The notes under the pieces are model-generated. The model was given only the letters and a program-made list of their open reading frames with translations. It was not told where the DNA came from and ran no database searches. Of a DNA stretch of 64,000 nucleotides, positions 38,677-47,350 are shown one piece after another. Made by a program: the position numbers and the translations under genes. This DNA is from an uncultured bacterium (GTDB lineage: Bacteria; Krumholzibacteriota; Krumholzibacteriia; Krumholzibacteriales; Krumholzibacteriaceae). The DNA lies in NCBI GenBank assembly GCA_963786935.1, contig CAWBAN010000004.1, positions 224,001 to 288,000 of the forward strand, given 5' to 3'. Each line of letters begins with the position of its first letter. Position 1 is the stretch's first letter.

Positions 38677-40277
38677 AGGCGATCACGCCAGTACGAATTC
38701 TCTTCGCCGGCCTCGCCCTGTTTCTGATCGCCGCCCTCTTCGTCATCGACGATTACGGGATGAACAAGGACAGCCAGAAGAACTTCGGCGAAGGGAGGAT
38801 GCATCTCAACTACCTCCTGACGGGGAGCGTGGATCGCGGCCTTTTGCAGTGGCAGATGCACGGCGCGTACGTCTTCATCGCCGCCGACGCCGCGAAGCGC
38901 CTGCTGCACGACCGTCTCGGCCTCCTCGACGCCACGGCTGCCCGCCACGTGATCCTGCCCGTGATGACCGCCGTGTTCCTCGCGTGCCTGTTCTTCTTCG
39001 CCAAGCGGCAGTGGAGCCCGCTCCACGGGCTCGCGGCGGCGGGGGTTCTCCTGAGCTTCCCGTACTACTGGGGGCACACGTTCAACAACCTGAAGGATGT
39101 GCCGCTCCTCATCTTCTTCTCGCTCTCGATCATGTGCTTCGTCGAGTGGACCCGCGCGCGGAGGGCGAAGTTCTTCTGGGGCTTCTTCGTCCTGCTGGGG
39201 CTCGCGTTCGCCGTCAAGACGTACGCGCTTTTCGCCGTGCTGATCCTCCTGCTCTGGGGGCTCGTCCGGCCGCGCCCGCGGGGGCGGCGCGCCGATGTCC
39301 CGCGCCCCCCCGCGCGGAGCGCGCGTCTTCCCCGGGCGCGTTCGATACTCAAGGCGCTCGGCGGCGCCGGCGTCACGGCTGCGGTCGTGCTCGTTCTCTA
39401 CGCGCCGGCGTTCTGGGGCGTCGACGACAAGATGTCATTCCTCGAGGCGTGGCGCGCGCACGTGAAGGAGATCACGTTCGGGGCGAAAAGCTCCTTCAGC
39501 CTGAATCCGTTCGTGCAGGCCCTGTTCAGAACGCCGCTGCTCGTCCTCATATTCGCGCTCGCCGGTCTGGCCGCGGCAGTGAGGAGATGGCGCGAAGATT
39601 CCCTGAACAGCCTCCTCGTCCTGTGGCTGCTCGTGCCCCTCGCCATCTCGTGCCTTCCCCGGACGCTCGTCTATCACGACGGCATGCGGCATTTCATGGT
39701 GTTTCTCGTGCCGCTCTGCCTCTTGGCCGCGATCGGCATCGGAGAATGCGCCGGCTTCGTCGCGCGGAGAACGCGGAGGCGCGCGGAGCCGCTTTTCGCG
39801 GCAGCCGCCGCGGCGACGATCGGCGTGAGCCTCTGGGGCGTCGTGAGCACGCACCCGTATCAGGTGACGTTTTTCAACGCGCTCGCCGGCGGGCTGAAGG
39901 GAGCGCAGGAAAAGGGGATCCCGGACGCGTGCGATTACTGGTTGAACTCCTACCGCGAGGCCGGGCGGTGGATCGAACGCAACGGAGCGCCCCACGCCCG
40001 CGTCATCGGGATGTACGTATCCGGGACGCTGCCGTATTTCCACACGGACCTCGTGAAGGACGCCGTGCGGAGGCCGGACCTCACGGCGCTCCGCTATCCC
40101 GCCGTCCCCGTCCGCGCGGGACGCATCGCGATTCCCCCCAACACGTACGTCATCGTCGTTCCGTTCGAATATCTGGGCCCGAGCCGCCGCGCGATGGAGC
40201 AATCGGGAGAGTTTCGCGCGGTGCACACGATCGCGCGGCAGGGCGGGGAGATCTGCACGATCTACTACAAGCCATAG
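38673..40277 (+). CDS. GT-C (ArnT-like) membrane glycosyltransferase
   Basis: GHTFNNLKDVP, DGMRHF, HPYQ..FFN, DYW..SY; many TM helices; ATG overlaps the ychF stop. Confidence 0.75.
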   Translation: MKAITPVRILFAGLALFLIAALFVIDDYGMNKDSQKNFGEGRMHLNYLLTGSVDRGLLQWQMHGAYVFIAADAAKRLLHDRLGLLDATAARHVILPVMTAVFLACLFFFAKRQWSPLHGLAAAGVLLSFPYYWGHTFNNLKDVPLLIFFSLSIMCFVEWTRARRAKFFWGFFVLLGLAFAVKTYALFAVLILLLWGLVRPRPRGRRADVPRPPARSARLPRARSILKALGGAGVTAAVVLVLYAPAFWGVDDKMSFLEAWRAHVKEITFGAKSSFSLNPFVQALFRTPLLVLIFALAGLAAAVRRWREDSLNSLLVLWLLVPLAISCLPRTLVYHDGMRHFMVFLVPLCLLAAIGIGECAGFVARRTRRRAEPLFAAAAAATIGVSLWGVVSTHPYQVTFFNALAGGLKGAQEKGIPDACDYWLNSYREAGRWIERNGAPHARVIGMYVSGTLPYFHTDLVKDAVRRPDLTALRYPAVPVRAGRIAIPPNTYVIVVPFEYLGPSRRAMEQSGEFRAVHTIARQGGEICTIYYKP

Positions 40278-40419
40278 CGCGGCCGCCCGCAGGATGCGCT
40301 TGTCTCGGCGGCGAACGCCGTGATACAGTATCCCCGGGCCTCGAGCGGCGAGGTCCGCGGTTCGACGCAGCAGTAATATCTATCTCGCGCGCGGCGATCT
40401 CGGGATCGGGGGTGAAGCG

Positions 40420-41232
40420 TTGAACGTCCGGTTTGCCGGGAAATCGATTCAGGGGAAACGGGACTACAACCAGGACCGGATCTTCTACCGGGCCGAGAAC
40501 GGCTGCTTCATGGCCGCCGTGGCCGACGGCATGGGGGGGTATTCGGGAGGGGAGATCGCGAGCCAGATCGTCGTAGATCTCTGCGAGCGGAAGTTCGATG
40601 AGTTCGCGGCTTCGCCGAAGCCAGAGGCCATCGAGGGCGTTCTGCTCGACATCGTCAACGCGTCGCGCGAGGGGATCCGTGCGAAAGCGGCGGAGAGCGC
40701 GGAGCTCGCGGGCATGGGAACCACGCTGACGATCGCGGCGGGCTGTTCCGGCGAATACGTCATCGGCAACATCGGCGACAGCAGGACCTACCTGATATCG
40801 GGCTCCGGCATCGAGCAGTTGACGCGGGACAACTCCTTCGTGCAGGAGTACCGGAGCAAGTATCCGGCGGGCGAGATCGACGAGTCCGTGCTGCGGAACA
40901 TGAGCAACGCGCTCACGCGCTCGCTCTCGAGCACCGACTACGAGGCGGATATCTATCCCGGCGGGAACCGGAGGTTCACCCTCGAGAAGGGGACCGTCCT
41001 CCTCCTGTGCTCCGACGGGCTCATCATCGACAAGGTGGGGGACGTGAGCGCGCAGCTGCTGCGGCTCGTGCGGGGGGCGGGATCGCCGGCCAAGGCCGCG
41101 AACGCCTTGATCGACTGGGCGTACGTGAACGGATCCACGGACAACATCTCCGTGATTCTCGCGTTCGAGGGGGAATGGCCGATGCGGAAGGGGTGGCCCC
41201 TCCTCGGCGCGCTGCGCAGGATCACCGGATGA
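40420..41232 (+). CDS. PP2C/PPM Ser/Thr protein phosphatase
   Basis: GKR..NQD, VADGMGG, GMGTT, IGDSR, LCSDGL, STDNIS. Confidence 0.93.
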   Translation: MNVRFAGKSIQGKRDYNQDRIFYRAENGCFMAAVADGMGGYSGGEIASQIVVDLCERKFDEFAASPKPEAIEGVLLDIVNASREGIRAKAAESAELAGMGTTLTIAAGCSGEYVIGNIGDSRTYLISGSGIEQLTRDNSFVQEYRSKYPAGEIDESVLRNMSNALTRSLSSTDYEADIYPGGNRRFTLEKGTVLLLCSDGLIIDKVGDVSAQLLRLVRGAGSPAKAANALIDWAYVNGSTDNISVILAFEGEWPMRKGWPLLGALRRITG

Positions 41233-41239
41233 CGGCGCG

Positions 41240-43177
41240 CTACTTCGCGCCCGCTTCGAGCTCCTGAAGGAGCGGCTGGAATTCCCCGGTATCGGGAAAG
41301 TTCGATTCGGCGGTTCTCACGAGCGCGCGCCGTTCGTCGCGGCTCGTCATGCCGGCGAGGCGGTTCTTGATCTCGGCGGCAATGACGATCAGCTGCTGTT
41401 TCGCGTGCGCGTCGGCCGAATCCGACGCGAGGGCCCGCGTGTACATCGCCGCGGCGCTGTACCCGTCCCGCGAGAGCAGCACGTTGTTCGCGTAGTAGAT
41501 GTCGCCGGCGATGCCGAGAATGCCGGGAGCCTTCTCGGGCAGCGCGGCGGCCAGTCGCAGCGCCCGATCGGCGGACTCCCGGGACCTGCTTTCCGCGAAG
41601 CTCTTCCGCATCGCCTCGTCGACGGTCTTCAGCAGATAATCCTCCGCGGGCTTGTCGTCGGGGAAGGCTTTGATGATCGTCGCATAGACCGCGGCGGCGT
41701 TGTCTTCGCCGTCACCGAGTAGGCGAGCGCCGTCGGAGTATTTCTTACCGCGCTGGTAGAGGTTGTCCCGCTTCATCTCGGGGAAGTACGAGACGGCGTT
41801 GTCCATGAAGCGGCGATATCCCCGGTAGTCCCCCTTCTTGAACATCGCGTCGGCGTTCTTGATGTGCCAGTTGTATATCTTCTGCATGCCGCGCTGCGCG
41901 AGCCGGTTCCCCGGATCGATGTCGCGGATCGTCTCGAGCTTCGCGAGGGCGCCGTCGATGTTTCCCGCGTCGGTCATCGCGGCGGCCTCCCCGTAGAGCT
42001 TTTTCACCCGCTCGACGGCGATGGCGTCGAGCTTCGCCGGGCCGGCGGACGGCTCGGGCAGGGTGCCGGTGTAATGCCCCCCGCGGGAGAACAGCGAAAC
42101 GACGTTGAAATCGCGCCGTTCGAGCCCGTGCCACAGGCTCATGATTCCGAGATATGCCGCGCCGAGCACGACGATCACGACGGCGGCCTTGATGAGGAGC
42201 CGCTTCGCGCGGCCGGAGAGCGCCGGCGGTTTCGGCGCGGCATCAGCCTCCGCGGCGGGGGGCTGCCCGGCGCCGGACGGTGCCGCCTGCTTGGCGTCGA
42301 CGGGCTTGCCGGCCTGCTTCGCAGCGGCCGGCTTGTCGGCGGGAGACGTGCCGGCGGGAGGCGCCGCGGTCTCTTCCGCCCGAGGCTCTCCCGAGAAAAT
42401 CGCGCCCGCGCATTCCGGCCGGTCCTCGGGGGATTTCTCCATGCACCAGAGGATGAGCTCCTGGAGCTCCGGACTGACGGCCGCGTTGATCTCGCAGGGG
42501 GGCCGGGGGTCGTCCATCGCGATCTGCCGCAGGACGGAGAGCGTGTTCTCCCCCTTGAACGGCAGCTCCCCCGTCGCCATCTCGTACATGATGACGCCGA
42601 GGGAATAGATGTCGCTCTTCGAGGACGCGGGCTCGCCGCGCGCCTGCTCGGGGCTCATGTAGGCCGGCGTGCCGAGCACCGAGCCGTCGAGCGTGAGGTT
42701 CTGTTTCAGGTCGGTGGCCTTGGCGATGTCGAAATCCATCAGAACGGGCGTGCCGTCTTCCTTGACGATGACGTTCGGGCTCTTGATGTCCCGGTGAATG
42801 ATGCCGGCGCCGTGGGCGTAATCGAGCGCGGCGGCCAGCGGCCTGATGATCTCCTCGATCTCCCGCGCGGCGTAGGGACCGTGCTTCTTGATCCGGTCGT
42901 CGAGCGTCTCGCCGCGGAGGAACTCCATCACGATATAATGGCTGCCCTGCTCCTCGCCGACGTCGAACACGGGGATGATGTTGGGATGCTTGAGGCGCGC
43001 GGCGCTCCGGGCCCCGTTGACGAACCGCTTCACGAACTCTTCGTCGTGCGTGAACTCCTGATGGAGCACCTTGACGGCGACGTCGTTGTGGAGGAGCTTG
43101 TGCCGCCCCCGATAAACGACGGCCACGCCCCCCCGTCCGACCTCCTCGATGATCTCGTATTTGTCGAGCTGGATCAC
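41240..43177 (-). CDS. Hanks-type Ser/Thr kinase with TM helix and TPR-like periplasmic region
   Basis: GRGGVAVVY, AVK, HRDIKSPN, DFDIA, GTPAYMSPE. Start set at GTG 43177 from the upstream RBS. Confidence 0.92.
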   Translation of the reverse strand: MIQLDKYEIIEEVGRGGVAVVYRGRHKLLHNDVAVKVLHQEFTHDEEFVKRFVNGARSAARLKHPNIIPVFDVGEEQGSHYIVMEFLRGETLDDRIKKHGPYAAREIEEIIRPLAAALDYAHGAGIIHRDIKSPNVIVKEDGTPVLMDFDIAKATDLKQNLTLDGSVLGTPAYMSPEQARGEPASSKSDIYSLGVIMYEMATGELPFKGENTLSVLRQIAMDDPRPPCEINAAVSPELQELILWCMEKSPEDRPECAGAIFSGEPRAEETAAPPAGTSPADKPAAAKQAGKPVDAKQAAPSGAGQPPAAEADAAPKPPALSGRAKRLLIKAAVVIVVLGAAYLGIMSLWHGLERRDFNVVSLFSRGGHYTGTLPEPSAGPAKLDAIAVERVKKLYGEAAAMTDAGNIDGALAKLETIRDIDPGNRLAQRGMQKIYNWHIKNADAMFKKGDYRGYRRFMDNAVSYFPEMKRDNLYQRGKKYSDGARLLGDGEDNAAAVYATIIKAFPDDKPAEDYLLKTVDEAMRKSFAESRSRESADRALRLAAALPEKAPGILGIAGDIYYANNVLLSRDGYSAAAMYTRALASDSADAHAKQQLIVIAAEIKNRLAGMTSRDERRALVRTAESNFPDTGEFQPLLQELEAGAK

Positions 43178-43266
43178 GTTCGTTCCTTCCGGCGCCGTCG
43201 TCGTCGCGGTCGAGACTCCTTCGGGGCGCGATTTTACTACGCCGGTTCCCGCCGCACAAGGGTATC

Positions 43267-43295
43267 TTGACCGCATTTCGGAATTGCTCTACAAT
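43267..43295 (+). promoter_or_regulatory. sigma70-like promoter for the kinase-OMP-PAAR-effector unit
   Basis: TTGACC-N17-TACAAT. Confidence 0.65.
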
Positions 43296-43327
43296 GGGCC
43301 GTCATCGTCGAAGGGAACCTGTTCTCA

Positions 43328-45187
43328 ATGAAATGCACGAACTGCAATTTCCGAAACACTCCCCGGGCCCGCTACTGCGTTCAGTGCGGGACGGAGCTCA
43401 CCCCGACGGGGCCCTCCCCCGAGACCGTCCGGTCGTCCTTCCGGGAGATCGAGCGCGGCGCCACGCTGTTCGGGCGCTACGAGGTCATCGAGGAGATCGG
43501 ATCGGGCGGGATGGGCAGCGTCTATCGCGTCGTCGACCAGCAGATCAACGAGGTCATGGCCCTGAAGATCATCAGGCCCGACATCGCGATGGACAGCGAA
43601 GTTATCGAGCGGTTCACCCAGGAGCTCAAGACGGCGCGGAAGATCGCCCACCGGAACGTCTGCAGGATGTTCGACATCGGCGAGGACGACGGGACGCACT
43701 ACATCACGATGGAGTACGTCACGGGGGAGGACCTGCGGAGCCTCGTCAAGCGGATCGGCCAGATGACCGTCTCCAAGACGATCGACATCGCGAAGCAAAT
43801 ATGCGCGGGTCTCGCGGAAGCGCACGCCGTGGGCGTGATCCATCGCGATTTGAAGCCCCAGAACATCATGATCGACCGCAACGGCAACGTCAAAATCATG
43901 GATTTCGGTATCGCCCGGTTCGTCAGGACGAAGGGTATCACGACAACCGGAACCATCATCGGCACGCCCGAGTACATGTCGCCGGAGCAGGCGGAGGGAA
44001 AAGGCGTGGATCAGCGGTCCGACATCTATTCTCTCGGGATCGTGCTCTTCGAGGCCGCCACCGGGGCGGTGCCGTTCGAGGGAGAAACGCCCCTCGGCGT
44101 CGCGATGAAGCACAAGCTGGAAGCGGCGCCCGATCCGCGGCAGTTCAACGCGCAGATACCGGCCGACCTCAGCGGGCTGATCCTGAAGTGCCTCGAGAAA
44201 GAGAAGGAGGACCGGTATCAGACGGTCGCCGAGATCATCGCGGAGCTCGACGCGATCGAGACGGGGACCGCGAGCCGGCAGAAGACCGGAAAGGCCGGCA
44301 CGGAGAAGCGGCGAAGCACGACGCGCAAGCTCGCACGGAAGAAATCCGGCCTCGAGAAGGCTCTGATCCCCGGCGCCGCCCTTCTGCTCGTGGCCGCCCT
44401 CGCGTTCGGCGGGTGGAAGATCTGGCTGCACGGGAAGCCGTCGGGCGAGGGAGTAACCGAGCCCGGGACGGTCGCGCTCGAAACGGGGGCCGCGGAGAAG
44501 AGGACGGATGCGGCGGCCGAGACGCCGGCGGGACAGGCTCAGGTTCCCGCCGCGGCCAAAGAGGAGCCCCGCGCGGGCGCGGAGGCGGCGAAGTCCGAAG
44601 AAGGAACGCCGGGCGGCGTCGTCGCTTCGGAGCAGAAAGTGCCTTCCGGGGCCGCGGCAGGAGACGAGGCGAGCCGGCAGAGCGAGATCGCGGAGAGCGT
44701 CGCGCGCGGCCTGACGGCGGCCCAGCGGGCGTTCGACCGGGGAAGCTATCAGGAATGCCTGAATCAGGCGCAGGCCGTTCTGAAGATCGATCCGCAGAAC
44801 TCGCAGGCCCGGAACTACGCGGTTCTCGCCGGGGAGAAGCTGGCCGAGGCGGAGATCGGCTCTCTCGTCGATCAGTACGCCCAGGCCCTCAACACGAACG
44901 GGCTGATTCAATTCTACCGGATGCGCTGCACGCCCAAGCTCTTCGCGGAGATCGGGCAGGAAACCGAGCTGTTCACCAGCCTGTACGAGAATTTCAAATG
45001 CACGGTCTCGAGCAAAAGCATCCGGGTGACGGCGCGGGATCGGGCGGAGGCGACGTTCACCCAGCGGCTCCTCGGGACGCGGAAAGGGACGGGGAGCGAG
45101 CAGGAGCTGTCGAAGGGAACGGTGCTGTGGAACCTCGAAAAGCAAGGGCAGAGCTGGAAGATATCGAAAACAGAGTTCAAGCAATGA
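43328..45187 (+). CDS. Ser/Thr kinase with zinc ribbon, TM helix, TPR and NTF2/SnoaL-like C-terminus
   Basis: CxxC..CxxC, GSGGMGSVY, HRDLKPQN, DFGIA, GTPEYMSPE; C-terminal ..SWKI. Confidence 0.92.
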   Translation: MKCTNCNFRNTPRARYCVQCGTELTPTGPSPETVRSSFREIERGATLFGRYEVIEEIGSGGMGSVYRVVDQQINEVMALKIIRPDIAMDSEVIERFTQELKTARKIAHRNVCRMFDIGEDDGTHYITMEYVTGEDLRSLVKRIGQMTVSKTIDIAKQICAGLAEAHAVGVIHRDLKPQNIMIDRNGNVKIMDFGIARFVRTKGITTTGTIIGTPEYMSPEQAEGKGVDQRSDIYSLGIVLFEAATGAVPFEGETPLGVAMKHKLEAAPDPRQFNAQIPADLSGLILKCLEKEKEDRYQTVAEIIAELDAIETGTASRQKTGKAGTEKRRSTTRKLARKKSGLEKALIPGAALLLVAALAFGGWKIWLHGKPSGEGVTEPGTVALETGAAEKRTDAAAETPAGQAQVPAAAKEEPRAGAEAAKSEEGTPGGVVASEQKVPSGAAAGDEASRQSEIAESVARGLTAAQRAFDRGSYQECLNQAQAVLKIDPQNSQARNYAVLAGEKLAEAEIGSLVDQYAQALNTNGLIQFYRMRCTPKLFAEIGQETELFTSLYENFKCTVSSKSIRVTARDRAEATFTQRLLGTRKGTGSEQELSKGTVLWNLEKQGQSWKISKTEFKQ

Positions 45188-45219
45188 AGAAGGAAGCATA
45201 AACGGACCTGACGCGGGAG

Positions 45220-46245
45220 ATGGATATGAAGACACGTCTCTGGATAGGATGCCTGCTCGGATTCGCGATCCTGTGCCTCGGCGCGGCGGCGGTTTCGGCG
45301 CAGGGGGAGCCCGTGAAGATCACGGTCGCTGTCGCGGACGCGACGATCCATGCGGGGCCGAGCCTCGAAACGCAGGTCATCGAGCGGCCGACCGTCGGAA
45401 GCGTTTACGAGGTGGTTCAGAAGACCGGTGAATGGTACGAGGTCAAGCTTCCCTCCCGTCTCGGCATGACCATGACGGGCTTCATTCACGTGAAGTTCCT
45501 CGGGCAGGCCGCAGGAGAGGCGAAAGAGGAAGAGGCTCCGGCCGCCGCCGGAGCGGCGCAGACCGCCGCGGCGAAGCGGTTCAATATCAGCGTCGGTTTT
45601 CTCTATCAGGCCCAGAAGGGGTATGACTACGTGTTCAGCTATCCTTTCTACCGTACGACGCTCGGGATATACGACGCCGTGGACGGTCACAGCGCGTTCG
45701 GCTTTCAGGCGGGCGCCGGATACTTCATCACGAACAGCATCCAGCTGGAGCTCGGATTCGGCTATTCGTCGGCGTCCCCGGAAGGCATCTACGGAGCGGA
45801 TCTTCCCGTCGATACCCTCCACAACGAGCACGGGGAGGCTCCGGTCGATCACAAGTTCAGCGAGATGGTCATCAGCTTCGGTCTGAATTATCACTTCCTG
45901 CACGAAGGCCAGGCGCGTCCCTATATCGGGGCCGGCGGGAGCTACATCAGCAGCAAGATGGAATTCATAGAAGACTTTGAACTCGATTACACGACCCAGG
46001 TCGATGTCTCCGAGCCCGTCCTCTCCGAAGAGACCGTCAGCACCTTCGGATTCTACGGCAAAGCCGGCCTGGACTACCTCGTCTCGGAGTCCATCGCCAT
46101 ATTCGGCGAGGCGCGATATACGCTCGCCGGGGAAGAGGAAGTGTCCCAGCCCTTCCTGAGCGAGATCGAAATGTTCGAGGACGAGGTCGTGGACGTCGAC
46201 CTCGGCGGGTTCTCGGCGACGTTCGGGGTCAAGTTCCGCTTCTGA
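45220..46245 (+). CDS. SH3b domain plus outer-membrane beta-barrel protein
   Basis: Signal peptide, IHAGPS..GEWYEV..GFIH (SH3b), Ala-rich linker, RPYIGAG strands, C-terminal GVKFRF. Confidence 0.75.
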   Translation: MDMKTRLWIGCLLGFAILCLGAAAVSAQGEPVKITVAVADATIHAGPSLETQVIERPTVGSVYEVVQKTGEWYEVKLPSRLGMTMTGFIHVKFLGQAAGEAKEEEAPAAAGAAQTAAAKRFNISVGFLYQAQKGYDYVFSYPFYRTTLGIYDAVDGHSAFGFQAGAGYFITNSIQLELGFGYSSASPEGIYGADLPVDTLHNEHGEAPVDHKFSEMVISFGLNYHFLHEGQARPYIGAGGSYISSKMEFIEDFELDYTTQVDVSEPVLSEETVSTFGFYGKAGLDYLVSESIAIFGEARYTLAGEEEVSQPFLSEIEMFEDEVVDVDLGGFSATFGVKFRF

Positions 46246-46260
46246 TCGGAGTGGTTCGCC

Positions 46261-47319
46261 ATGCCCGGAAAGCCGGCTGCGCGTGTAGGTGATCTGACGG
46301 CGCACGGCGGGTCGATCGTCGGCCCCGGCGCCCCGACGGTCATGATCGGGGGCAAGCCCGCCTCGGTCGTGGGGGACATGCACGTCTGCCCCATGGTGAC
46401 CCCGGCGGTTCCTCCGGTTCCGCACGTCGGCGGGCCGGTTCTTCCTCCGGGCGTTCCGACGGTGCTCATGATGGGGAAGCCCGCCGTCTGCGTGGGGGAT
46501 ATGGCCACGTGCACCGGGCCTCCCGATACTATTCTGCCCCCCGGTTGCCCGACCGTGCTGATCGGGAGCGGCGGCGGAGGCGGCGGCGCGGGGAGCCCGG
46601 GGAGCGGCGGTGGGGGCGCCAAGGCGAAGGCGGCCGAATCGAAGGTCGAGGAAGGCCACTTCCTCGACGTCAAGTTCACCGACAAAGCCGGCAAGCCCAT
46701 CGCCGGCGTGGGCTATACCGTCAAGGGGCCGGGAGGCGCGGCGGGGGAAGGGGTCGTCACGGGGCAGGTCAAGAAATCGGGCGTCGAGCAGGGGAGCTAC
46801 GAGATCGCCCTGCGGGCGATAACCAAGGCGGAATGGTCGACTGAAAAAGCGATGGTCGGCGACAAGGTGAAATTGATCGCCGAGACGGCGGGCATTCCGG
46901 CGGGGGAGAAGGCCGAGCTCGAGATCTTCGTCAAGGACTTGAACGCAGCCGATCATCTTCTGGAGAAGCTCGACGCGCAGGTCAAGAGCGACAAGATCGA
47001 AGGAGAATGGGAGCTCGCCGTCGAAGGCCCGTTCCTTGCTGATCAGGACGGGAAGCGCGAGAAGGGCGCCTACGTCTCGCCGAAGTTCTACTTCGTCGTC
47101 AAGGCGGGGGGCCTGACCGCGCGCTCCAAGATCCTGAGCATCAAGGATTACTTCGAGATGGAGTTGATCGGCGACGACGGGAATCCCGTCGGCGGAGCGA
47201 AATATCGCGCCATCCTTCCGGATGGAACCATCAAAGAGGGAACGCTCGATTCCAAAGGGTACGCGAAGTTGGAGAAGGTGCCGCCCGGCAGGGTCGAGGT
47301 GACTTTCACGGTCGAGTAG
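46261..47319 (+). CDS. PAAR protein with C-terminal extension (TTR-like domains)
   Basis: KPAARVGD, KPASVVGD, KPAVCVGD; Gly linker; DDGNP..Y..PDG..GTLD..G.A..VPPG. Confidence 0.9.
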   Translation: MPGKPAARVGDLTAHGGSIVGPGAPTVMIGGKPASVVGDMHVCPMVTPAVPPVPHVGGPVLPPGVPTVLMMGKPAVCVGDMATCTGPPDTILPPGCPTVLIGSGGGGGGAGSPGSGGGGAKAKAAESKVEEGHFLDVKFTDKAGKPIAGVGYTVKGPGGAAGEGVVTGQVKKSGVEQGSYEIALRAITKAEWSTEKAMVGDKVKLIAETAGIPAGEKAELEIFVKDLNAADHLLEKLDAQVKSDKIEGEWELAVEGPFLADQDGKREKGAYVSPKFYFVVKAGGLTARSKILSIKDYFEMELIGDDGNPVGGAKYRAILPDGTIKEGTLDSKGYAKLEKVPPGRVEVTFTVE

Positions 47320-47350
47320 CGTTTCCCTGGAGCGATCACAAAGCTGAAAT

